A stretch of 64,000 nt of DNA from Lophium mytilinum. Lineage: Eukaryota. The DNA lies in the NCBI GenBank assembly GCA_010093605.1, contig MU004184.1, positions 1,498,801 to 1,562,800 of the forward strand. Reading direction: 5' to 3'. Below are positions 23,934-35,456 of the stretch, in pieces. Numbering within the stretch: position 1 is the stretch's first letter; each line of letters opens with the position of its first letter. The notes below the pieces were generated by a model, which did not search any database, was not told where the DNA came from, and saw nothing but the letters and a program-made list of their open reading frames with translations. Position numbers and translations under genes: made by a program.

Positions 23934-26827
23934 ATGTCCAACCAATCCCCCACCATGTCGTCGTTCAAGAGAGCTCCCGTTTCCGGCGAGCACCCACGAC
24001 AGCATGTGCTGGCCTCACTGCGAGCCACGCAAATTGTGGAGTCGAAGCCCGTACTGCCCGCAGGTAGAGTGTGAAGTGTTTCAATGTTACAGCGTCTTCT
24101 AACGCCCCCAGAACTTATCGCCACAATCCTCGACTACCTCCCGATTTCCGACCTGTTCAGATTCGCCCGGACCTCGCGCCGCATGCAGGAGATGGTATAC
24201 GATGACACACGATGGATACAACGGCTGAAGAGCATGAACTGTTGGAATGAAACCGAGGCAAGGCAACGTTTTGAGGAAGCCATGCGGAGGAAGATGGAGG
24301 CTCAACGTGCGAAAGAGGCGGAGGAGGCGCGGAGGACGGGGGTAGGGTTGAACGGCAGCGTGAATGGTATTGCCGGCGGTGGAGTAGAGGAGCCGAAGAA
24401 AAGCATCACATTATTCGACGCCGGCTGGGAGGAAGAGAAGCAACGGATGTCGCTCGACCGCTCGAGTGCGAGACCGCGCGCGAGTACTCTGGACCGTGGC
24501 TTTGATGCCATGACCCTCTCCCCATCTGGAACATCTGCTCCTGGCCAGTCCTTCTCCCTGGATCCGAACTTAGCCCTCAAAGTTCTTACAAAAGTCCGTT
24601 CAATACGTGGTCACGCACGGCAGGAGTATGGCAAAATCTACGGGGCGCTGGCGCCCTACTACTTTGACCTTGCCAGGTCCAGAAGCCATACAGATCCAGT
24701 ATTATTTCGAACGTATCGGGACCCGGAGCAGCAAGCGCAGATGCTGTCCCAGCTTAAAACATTCGCCAAGAGCGACTTCGCGCAAGGGTGGTCTCGTCGG
24801 GAAGAGAAGCTAGAGTCCATGATAGGCATTTTCGAAAATGCCGTACTCAGGGAATTTGAACAGGGGTACGAATCTAACGACGTGGATGGACGTATGAAGC
24901 GCTATGCCCACGTTCTTGTCACGTTGAATGGCGGCACAGCGGGAATCGATAGCTTTATCCACAACCACCCTCTAATGATTGATAAGGAGAAGCTGGGGAA
25001 CCCCACCGACTGCTTGAAGGACACAGCACCTGGCCATATATCTTTGCAGCCTTCACATGACTTTTTCAGAGAACTCGCCACGTCTCTGAACGAGCAGGCT
25101 GAGATCATTGATCGCGTATTTCCGCCTACTGTGGATGCTCTACTTCCCTTCCTAGACCGCGTTGGCGAGGACATCGTGTCCGAATACGTTACGACGCTGT
25201 TTGATGAAGCTCATGATACGTCTATTGAGGTATATCTAAAGGCTGTCGCAGGCGTTTTCAGCCAAGGTCTACAGTTTGCGCACTCGTTGAAGGGCACCAA
25301 AGGATCAAAAGCAAACTTTCAGCAAGAAGTCCTGCGGATTGTTTCTCGCACCTTCGAGCCCCACGTTGATCTCTATCTATCGGAAGAGCTCGACTTTTTC
25401 AAACGGAAATCGGAATTGGAAGTCGAAGTATGGGAGAAGAGGCTGTCTGATGAGGAGCAGTCTACCGAGTCTGCCTTCATGGCAAATGTCAACCGGCAAG
25501 CCGTGAAGCGAGACTTCCTCAGCTCCTTCAGAAAGGTGGTCATGATGCCAGTCAACGTTGTCTCTACAATTCCGACACCCTTTGGAGCTAGCAAGCCGGT
25601 GACAGCCCCGGCAATACCCAATGGCGATAGCCTGGAACCTCCCGCCTCGAGGTCAGGGACTCCGGCCCCTGGGGAACGCTCAACGTCACCCAGACTAGAA
25701 GCTCCAAATACGGAATTAGCGGCGAAGGCTGCGATTATGAATTCACGTCTTGAAGGCATCCGCTCACTTTTTAGTATAGAAGTGGCCCTAAATCTCATTC
25801 ACATGGCCAAGTCAAGTCTGGAACGAGCGGCTCTATTTGTCAAACTCGGCGGCCAGTCCGGCGAAGAGTCTCGAGAGCAATGTGAGAACATATTCATCAG
25901 CCTGTTGCAGATTCTAGGGCAGCGTCACATCAGAACGGGCTTTGACAAGGCTGTCAACCATCTCTCAGCATACAACCCACGTGAAGTTGCGGACCATGCT
26001 CAGCAAGGAGTGGAGCCATTGGTCACGTTTCTTGAGTTGGTAAACGTGGGCGACCTCATCCAGCAGATGGTCGATGTATTCTACCTCCAGGAGCTGGTGG
26101 CACCAAGGCTTACGGACCGGGACGACTTTCTCAGTGTGGCCGTCAAGGAAAAGAAGCGGTTCGAGCAGATGCTAGACGAACGCGTAGCTGCAGGCCTTAA
26201 CAAGGGTATCGATGTGCTCATGGACGAGGTGGAGTACATCTGCGCGACCACGCAACTACCCACCGATTTCAACCCCAGTCCAGGGCCCGATGGGGTGGTG
26301 CAGATGCAGGACATTGGAGCCAGTCATACGGCGACCAAGATCGTGGACCTGGTGTCGTCGCACACGAGCATGCTAGTGGGTAGCACGGACAAGAACATGC
26401 TAGATGTTTTCAATCAGGAAGTCGGCTTACGTCTGTTCGCGGCGCTGTGCAAGCACCTGAAACGCCAGCGTATCAGCGTTGACGGTGCAATCAAGCTGAT
26501 CAGGTATTTATAGCTCTAGCAGTTTCCAAAGAGGTCAGATTACTGACAGGTTGCAGCGACATGAATGCCTACCACGCATATATCGCAACACTGCGGAACA
26601 AGTCGCTTACGCAGTACTTTAGCGCGCTGCGAGAGCTCTCACAGATTTACTTAATATCACCCGAGCACGCGAAGGAGATCGCCACCATCATCGCCGACTC
26701 GGATCGCTACTATGGCATCTTCAGGGCTGAGGAGGTCTACGAATTTGCCGAGCGCCGGGCAGATTGGTTCGCGGTTAAGCGTGCTGTTGAGAGGGCCATG
26801 TACGGCTTCGGATGCATTGTTATGTGA
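23934..26827 (+). CDS. RCY1: F-box/Sec10-domain recycling protein Rcy1; introns 24064-24111 and about 26503-26557
   Basis: N-terminal F-box (LPAELIATILDYLPISDLFRFARTSR), long Sec10-like helical body (FLELVNVGDLIQQM, KKRFEQMLDERVAAGLNKGIDVL) and C-terminal CAAX CIVM. Confidence 0.9.
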
Positions 26828-27764
26828 GCGATGGGGTTTGGGCGCATAGGCAGGTGAGTGGGCTTCCATACCATTGTTTGTGGGGCTCCCACGTACTATT
26901 AGAATCCGGGGGTAGCAGATACACTTTCAATCTGCGTACACCATATTGGCACTGTCTGGAGTAGCCTCACGAGTTTACTAGCAGTGCAAAACGCCGTACT
27001 TCTCTCCAGTTCGGACCGCTGAAACTATTACGAGGCTCTTCAAGCAGCGGTAAACGAGCGTACGGATTTCTGTGACAAGGCATCGTACCTCTAGGCATAG
27101 CTCAGCTACTCTGCTATATACTTGGAGGGGGGAGGGGGCCTGTAGAGTGTCCCACAAGGATTCCAAGTTGGAGTATCGTCGCGGGAAGGCGGCAGGGCGG
27201 GCCACCCCGCATAGCTCTCGTGTTATATAGCCAATCACATAGACATAATATACCAAATGCAAGAAGCCTATACCAAAGCAAAACCAGAAGCAGCTCGTGA
27301 AAGTTTGCTCTCCATATCCGTTCATCAAGAGTTCCTGCGTCTCTTTGACAGCGGCTTCCCAGCCTCCTCCGCGTTTTTAGTGGAGGTCGCGCTAGCTTCC
27401 CGCGGCACCTCAAGCCGAACATCTTCACTTCACCACCTGCACCTCACCATTGCGCTTAAGGCTCGCGCCCCAATACTATTCGTGATCCCGCCCTCTAGAT
27501 ACCTCCGTCGGCACCATCTGCTCTGCCCAACATTCGCTTTTCAGCCCGCTTCGCTTGCGCTCTGGCATCTGATTCCCGCTCCAGTCCATTTAGCCAAGCC
27601 TCTCACCACCGTCACTTGCGCCTGACTTGGCCCTCAGATCGCCCAGTCTGGCTTGTAGTCTTTACGCTTCCCGAAGTGCTTCAAGCTCTAGGCTGTAGTG
27701 CCGCCCGTCTGTTCCGATAGCCTCAGCTCGAACTACACAAAGTTCACCCGACACCGTTTCCAAC

Positions 27765-28948
27765 ATGGCTTGTGAGCTTCCTCTCTGTGCCCTTAGCTAT
27801 GTCAGACGTCATCACTGACAACCCGGACTTATAGCCTTACCGCCAGAAGTCGAGGCTTCATATTCCGCCATCATTGATAGCATCCTTGCCAACAGCGATC
27901 TCAACACCATCTCTGCCAAGCGTATTCGCAAAGGACTCCAGGCGCAAGTCGACTATGATATCACCCATCAGAAGGTACATAAAGAGACTAAATCACATTG
28001 ACAAGCATTTCTGACCCGGAATATAGGACCAAGTTACTCAGTTAATCATGTCCCGATTCGATAAATTCAACCACGAGCAAACCCTCAAGACTCAACAGGA
28101 AGTTGCAGACCCCCCAAAGCCAGCCCCCACTGCAAAAACACCTCCAACTACCAATGGCATCAAGGATGAAGAGTCTCGCGACTCTTCAGACGTTGTCACA
28201 CCTTCGGACCAGTCCTCTCCCCAAAAGCGCGCGAAGTCGGAGGAGGAGTCGGAACTGTCTGAGGTAGAGCCCTCGCCGCCAAAGAAGAAACACAAGAAGA
28301 GCAACAAGGTTGCTGAAGAGGATGACGCGACACTTGCGGCGCGGTTGCAGGCCGAGGAGAATAGGCACGCGAGATCGACCCGCGGTGGGAATACCAAGAA
28401 GAGGGCCGCTGTGGTGAAGAAGAAGGACAAAGCTGCGAAGAAAAAGCAGAAGAGCGCGAGGAAGATCAATTCGGACGATGATAGTGAGGTTGAGTCTGGT
28501 GACGGGGCCAAAAAGAAGGAAGTGAACCGGAACAGCGGCTTTCACGTAAGTCTTTTGCGACGTCGCACGGTAGTTCAGCTCACTAATACACGCAATAGAA
28601 GCCTATGAACCTCTCACCAGCACTTTCGGAGCTGTTAGGCGAGACTAGCGTAAGTCACCGACTCGTCAATATGCTTTCCTCCTTCATCCAGATTGCGCCT
28701 CTTCCTCGGAAGCAAGCATCAGTGAAATTAGCTCTTATACAGCATGCCCTAACCACTTCCAGCTTTCACGCCCTCAAACCGTCAAGAAGATCTGGGAATA
28801 TGTCAAGGAGCGCGACCTGCAAGACCCCAGTGACAAGCGCCAAATACGTTGCGATAATGCAATGCGTGCCGTCTTCAAGCAGGACCGCGTGCACATGTTC
28901 ACCATGAACAAGATCCTTAACCAGAATCTTTACGCCCAGGACGAGTGA
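27765..28948 (+). CDS. DEK-C + SWIB/MDM2-domain chromatin protein (Uaf30/Tri1/Spp27-like); 5 exons
   Basis: IIDSILANSDLNTISAKRIRKGL (DEK-C), a Lys-rich linker, and GFHKPMNLSPALSELLG..LSRPQTVKKIWEYVKERDLQDPSDKRQIRCD..VHMFTMNKIL (SWIB). Confidence 0.88.
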
Positions 28949-29917
28949 GCCTGTTATGAGGCGACAGACACTCACTTTCGAATTGGTGCGCCCGGGCGAA
29001 CAGTGTATTAAGTGCTGATCCCTTCCATGGCAATCCTCTTTACCGGAGGAAAGCCTCACACTTCTGGAATCCCGCGCGCCTCGTTGCTTGCCCCTCCGGT
29101 GGAGTAAATGTCCTACCTGGGCGAATCTTATCATTTGCCTTTTTTGCCTTCTTCTCTTTTGTCCGACTTTCAGCATGGCGATCTCAGGAGTATGCATGGC
29201 GTCTTTCTGCTCATTATTCTATCTACATGTCACTTTTATGTGAGTCTGGGCAAATGGTGCGAGTGCTTCCCGACGCTTTTGCTGAAGGATTATTCGCGCA
29301 CTTCGCTAAGACTACTATATCTTTGCCTCGTCTAAGATATGATATTTGATGGGAACTTTCTCTCTCCCTTTCTGCTATTCTGCCGGCCTTGTCTTTCATG
29401 GGGTTCTGCGTCCGGTATAATGTCCTCTAGCGCGATTGACACGACGGTTACTGCATATGTCGCGGTGGCACAGAGGTTAAGAAACGGAATTCGGAAGAAT
29501 AATGATGGTAAGCTGACTGGATTTGGAGCAACTGGCAAGTAGATGGGATTAAGCGAATGCAGATATATAAAATGTGGATGTGGTTCGTTGGTAGGTAGTA
29601 AACTAAGGTATCCAGCACTTAGGTGCCGTCTATCTAGTCATTTTTGCGGTCTCTCCTTCCTACTCATGGTGCTACTATTCAAGAAAGGAACCATTGAAGA
29701 GCTAGGAGACATAGCCTACGCTCGGTCAATAGTATGACTCTTTCAAACCCTGGGTGCGGTGCGTGGACATGAGAATTACCACGACCTTAAGACACCCTTC
29801 TTCTCAGTTGGCGTACAGCGGGGGCATGCTCACTATCTCAATCTAATTCGACAATGTTGGGACTTCAGGAAACAGAAAAAGCAGTCTATTGCATTAGAAT
29901 AGTACCTTTCTATTGGC

Positions 29918-32063
29918 TCAGGCGACTTTCTCTAACCCCAGCTCCATGATTTTCACCCTGAGGTCATCCGGTAATTTCAAATCCAAAAGCCCCGCATACT
30001 GCTGGCTAGCATGGACATCGGTCTCCATATACGCTCCCGAACTAACAAACACACCTCCCCGTTTTCTTGGAATCGTGGCCTTGAACGCCATCGCCTGGTC
30101 AAAAAAGCCACTCCAGATGATCTCGGACTCGTCGAGGTGGTAGAGCCGCGCAATGGTTGCGGTCGTCAGAAGTGTAGAGGCCTTTGTGAGCGCGTAGATC
30201 TCGGGTGAAGAAAAGACAACATCGAGCGTGATATCGTATGGGCCCGAGTTCTTGGAGCGGATTACCGGCGCTATTTCAGCGAGGGTGGAGGTTTCCGTCA
30301 GCAGGAGAGGGGCGGCTGCAAGAGAAATGGAGGCTGTCGGATTTATGGCTTTGTTAGGTAAGCTGTTGTGTGTCTTGCTGTGCTCTACATGGCTCCGACT
30401 TTCGGAGGCGATGCGACGAGCTCCCCTTCCGATTAGCTTTGCGCGCCAAGAGAACAGAGGACGACGGCTCTCTGCACCGGCTTCTATGCCGTCTTTTTCT
30501 GTCTCGCTTTTGATTTGGTAAGCCCCTTCGGACCCTGCAAGAAGGTCCATCAAGTGGTACAGACAGAACTCAGCACAAGGGCCCATTTCAATCTCAAGTT
30601 TGCCGCCGATGCCCATGGCTAAGTTACCCCCAGTGCCTCGCTGCCCAGGATAGGAGCCGTGCATCACTGCAACGCGTGCAGAGGATGTGACAGCGTTTGC
30701 CAATCTCTGCGTCGTGGCCAATGCTTCTCCAACAAGAAAGATCTCCCTGGGTTTATACGCTGCATCACTTGGCTCAAGGTCATTCATGATACCATTGGAA
30801 CCATATACGTGGAAGTTGATATCCCAGTCACCTTCTGCCTTTGCGTTGGAGGCTTGGACCAGTGTTTTGACTTTGGAAAGATAGCTATCGATCTGACCGA
30901 TGAGGATGGGATCGCGGATACCACCCATGAAGATCGTCCGGAAGCCTTTTAGTTTTGCGGCTTCAAGCTTGACGGTATATGGCAAATTGCTGTCCTTCAA
31001 CCACGCAAATGTCGCACCGTAGACTCGTACCGATATGCCGTCGTCGAGCTGCTTGTAAGTTGCATTTCGGAGGTCGAGACTTCCGCCCGGCCCAGCCAAA
31101 ACGTCCGGCCTGCTCTTCTCGTAGAGAGTGTGTGCGGCAACTGAAAGTGGCGTACAGCAGGCGCCAGAGTCTAGCGGCTTGACGTCAAACGATCCGTCAA
31201 GATAGATGGTCGCCATCGATGTCAAGCTTTTTGGCTTCGCACAGAGGGCACCACATTCCATGATTTTCCCCATGTGAGTAAACCCTCCAATTTGCGCATC
31301 CGTCAAATCCTCAGCGGTGAGATGTTTTGCATGGAAGATCGAGAATGCTGTGTAAGGACTGGGGTCATAGGCACGCCCGCCTATGACAATATCGAAGTCT
31401 GGTTCCGCGTTCATGGCATCGAGGAAAGGTTCCGGTCCCATCTGAGCAACGACGGTGACCGCCTTCTCAATGTCGTCTTCCGTCAGCTTGGGAACGGAGA
31501 GCCCGCACCCTGTGATTTCGCTCGCGTGTAGGGATTTGAGGATTGTTGCTTTCGAGACGTTGCTGTAGATTGCAAGTGTTTTGAAGCGATACGACCTGCA
31601 AAGATGTTATTCGTTGCAGCAGAAAGAGGAAGGTCAGAATCTCATACTCATTGCCTGGTTCGTCCGTAATTTCTTGTATGATATCGAGGAACTCGTCCAC
31701 GTGTGCATCGGTGCCATCACCGCCAGCAGACCCAATCAGGATAGGTGCCCCAAACTCAAAGGATAAGCTCATCAGAGATCTCAAGTCGCGTTCATATGCG
31801 GATCTTGGGCATGTCATAGCACCGAGAGCCAATTTTGCTGGCCCGGAATCTGTGGAGCCGGAGTCAAGAATCAATGCCGTTGGGATTTTGGGTGACTCCT
31901 TTGACAGCTGCAACAGGGCATTGTATGTTAAGCTCTCATCGAAGCTGTAACCCAGCATACCAACTGGTGTAATAATATGGCACAGTAGTTGCTGAGAAGA
32001 CGTGGGAAGGGCCTGGTGGCTTTTCGTTGCCTCGTTGCTGGTCAATAATGCAGACGGAGTCAT
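29918..32063 (-). CDS. Acyclic-terpene-utilisation AtuA-like (DUF1446) protein fused to a DUF4387 domain; intron 31596-31647
   Basis: TPVGMLGY, DSGSTDSGP..L, IGSAGGDG, VAQMGPEPF, GRAYDPS, HMGKIMECGALC, VAAHTLYEKSRP, GGIRDP. C-terminal VIRSKNSGPYDITLDV...DVHASQQY. Confidence 0.82.
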
Positions 32064-32633
32064 TATTGGATTCCAAATGCGAAATACAGAAATTATGGGA
32101 AGTAGAGAAACTTGGAGCTGCAGACGAAAGAACGGAAGACCAAGAGAGAGAATTTGGCTTGCTGAAGGATCGAAATGAGGCGGATCTTGATATGTATATA
32201 TATATGACAACTATCTACCTGTCCCTGCTCCTATGGGTGAAGGGTGGGTCAAAGTGCACGAGTCGCAGCCCAATATGCGAGAAAGGAAGAGAGATCCTCA
32301 TCAAAAGGACTATCCGAGGTGGCCGTCTGCGGACCGAGTTGCGCACTGCGGCGACCTTTATACAGGGCCAGTCGCGTCTCAACGGCCCTCGCTGCGAAAT
32401 CGTCAGCGTGGCGAGCAGAACACGGTCATTGCAAGCTTCTAACCCGGCCTTTTTTCAGCCCGCAGTCCTTATAAGACTTCTCCTTCATATGTTAAAGCCA
32501 GGAGTTATAGGTACACTTCCTCAAATGACGAGCAGCACCAGATTCTGCAACAATAACTCAAAACTGACAATATTGTATTGCTTGTTGCTCTACTGAGGGA
32601 GCGAAAAGTGCATTTCATAACAGTGCCAGCGCC

Positions 32634-34759
32634 TCACAAGAAAAAAATCCCGTCCGCTTCGGCGTCCATCTGAAACCCATAGTGTCGCCCAAGATCCCAA
32701 TCCAAGAGCAATTCCTGCACCCATTGGTCGAGCGGGAACTCAGAGTCGTACGAATCCAGTTGCGGTCCCAGCCCAGGCTCTCCTTCCATATGGACTTGCA
32801 TGTCCCCCGCGGTATCTCTGTCTGAGACGCCAGACTCCTTCATCCGAGCTAAAGATGAGGTGCCCGCGCTTTCCCTCAGCTCCTTCGCCGTCATTATCAC
32901 ATCGCTTATCACCGCGATCCCCGTCCTAGAATCCTTACAAGACTCCGTCAACTTCAAGCCCCCCTGCCGCTCCGCACGTGAAAGCACTCCAATAAGGCGC
33001 GCGGCGCGATCGGGCTCGTCGTGCTCTCGGGCAGACCAGGCGCTGAGGATGGTGTAAGAATGGCGGAGTTGGTTCTGCGCCATGGCTGAGGCGTGCGCTG
33101 TTGCGGACGGAGATTTGGTTCGGGCTTTGACGATCACGGCTGAGGCGACCAGGAGCATATTGAAGTAGTGCTTAGGCAGGTAGCGCTGCGGTGTCGCCGA
33201 ATTGGGGTCGGTGACGGTTATGGAGTGGAAGGCGTCGATGAGTCGAACGGCGAGGCCGAAGGCGACGTTGACGAGGATGTCGTTTGTGCTTTCCTGCTCG
33301 TAGCGTGAAGCCTTATCAAAACGAGAGGTATTGTGGGGTAGTGCGTGCTCGAGCTGGTGTGTATAGATGCTTAATTGTACGCCGAGGAGAATGATTTCTG
33401 TGTCGGGGCTCCAAATTTCTTGTTGTTCGTCTCGCATATTGTCAAGCTCTTTGCATAACATTTGGACTATGTTGTAGTCTGAGTTTCGTCCCATACTTTC
33501 CAAAATGGACCTAGACCTAGCATATTGTTTCATCACGCTGACCTTTTTCACGAACTCTTCTTCTGCGAGGGTTCGAGGACCGACCAACACACGAAGACCG
33601 CTCCACATCTCCGTTGGTACTGGAATGCCAGTATGCCAGCCATGACTTTTCGGTCGTTCAGAAGCTAGAGCGGATGTAGGTGGAGTCGAAATCTTACCTG
33701 CAATTAATGAAAAAACATGCCAGCCAAGTCTTCAATTGGCTCCGGCTATCATTCTCTATAAGCGTCTGTGGCAGTCTGATCACCCCCTTGTGAAGCCCGA
33801 TCTTGATAGCAGCATTCGTAATCAGCCCGCAATAGTTCCAGCTTGGGTCGTAACTTTGCTTTTCGACAGCCAAAGGCCAATAGCATAGTAGGACTCCGGC
33901 CTGTACAGGTTCCAGTGCTAGTATTCGACCCATCAAAGTTTTTTCTACCAAGCTCTGATACGAGGATATGATCTTGGGATATATGTCGGAGAGTTCAGGG
34001 TGCCAGCGACTCGATATAGTCACGATGGTCCAGAATAAGAAGGGATATAGGTCATAGAGCGTGCGAACAGACATGTCGCAACTAAGAATAGGACAGTGTC
34101 GATAATAGAATCTGCCAAAGCTAGCTTTTATCAGCTCCTGGCAGAAGACGGGTGGGATGTTCCGCTCACTGCTCAAACAATGCAGCGACTTGATCATTAT
34201 TCAATGTTATATCTCCGAGAGAAGCATCCGGGTTTGGGAGATCGCCTGCCGATGAAGCCCGATAGAATTTGTCCTCGACGACGAGCTCTCCAAAGTGGAC
34301 CTCTTGAGCTTCTATCAGTACCGTGTCTTCAGAAACCGAGCTCGTATCTGGTGCGCTTTGCGGATTCGAGTTCGGCGACTGCAGGTCGAGGGTTTTTTGT
34401 AGCGCAGCTAGTTGAGCAGTAACGTCATCTAATCGCCTGATCATATCATCATTAACGTGTCCTTGCACTTAGAGCATCACCGGATAATTACCGTCTAGTG
34501 CTGGTACGCTTGAAGTGAGGATCCGTTCTGCATCGGAAACCTTTCGCTCTGCATCTTGTACAAGCTGCTGGAAAGGCCTCTACGTTGTCACATCGGAGCT
34601 ATCCAGTAGTGAGAAACGCATCCTGAATTCTAAATAGATTCATAGCCAAGTACTCGAAATACTAACCTTCGCCTGACGACAGGCAGTGCACGCCCTGTGA
34701 CTCCTAGAGCCTTGATGTCCTAGGAGGGGCTGTAGATGGGAATGCTGTTGTGTAGACAT
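32634..34759 (-). CDS. Zn(II)2Cys6 fungal transcription factor with middle homology region; multi-exon
   Basis: Spliced N-terminus RACTACRQAK|LRCDNVEAFPAACTRCRAKGFRC, coiled coil RRLDDVTAQLAALQ, then FLFWTIV..VQAGVLLCYWP..SWNYCGL..AIKIGLH..TWLACF. Confidence 0.85.
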
Positions 34760-35456
34760 CGCGGATACCGTCAGTACTAAGAAGTGTCAGGAAAGCCATG
34801 AAAAAAGCACGAGTTGAAGTTCAACTCGGAGATGTATGCAGATTGAGAATGATTCATGCTCACCGCGGTCGTTAAGAAGGGTCTAGCATCCCCAGGCCTA
34901 AGTATGTGAACCTACCACTGCCCAATCAGCAGAAGTGCCGCAATTCGCTTTGAAGGCGCGTTTCGCAGCGACCTTGCCTCATTTGTTATAGCACTGAGAT
35001 GATCTGCTAGGTATGCACGGCTGATAATCTTCCGAGGCTAGCATGGTGGGGCGCCAAGTTAATAACGATGTGACTGACCAGTTCATCCACATTCTACTCC
35101 AGACACGACCATAATCATCGATCATTGACAATAGCATTGCAAGATGAGGAAAGTCACATTGATGAGCTACCAACCCAGGAGCTACATCAGACCCAGCGCA
35201 CTGAATAGAAGGATCCGTCCTGCCCACAACCGTATAGTCGAGTCGCAAGACGCCGTGATTTTTTCGGACGCTCCGTCCCAGCTTCGAAGACCCTGCTCCG
35301 CAGCTCCTTTCCTTGCTTCGCCCACAGTAACTCTCAGAACAAAGGACCTTTGGGAACCCGTGGCAGTTGGCCACAATCATACCACGCGCATTCAATTATC
35401 ATCCTCCAACCCAAAAGAAGCATTGCTGAAACATGATGGTGAGTGCCTGAGCGAGC

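Noticed and set aside
5826..26827. Two CAAX-terminated proteins (Chs4 CVVM, Rcy1 CIVM) as a functional cluster
   Set aside because: Prenylation is already known for both families, and the genes are 14 kb apart with unrelated genes between them.
35182..35376. WD40-like peptide ASCDSTIRLW
   Set aside because: It is a single isolated motif in the SUB2 3' region, without further repeats or gene structure.
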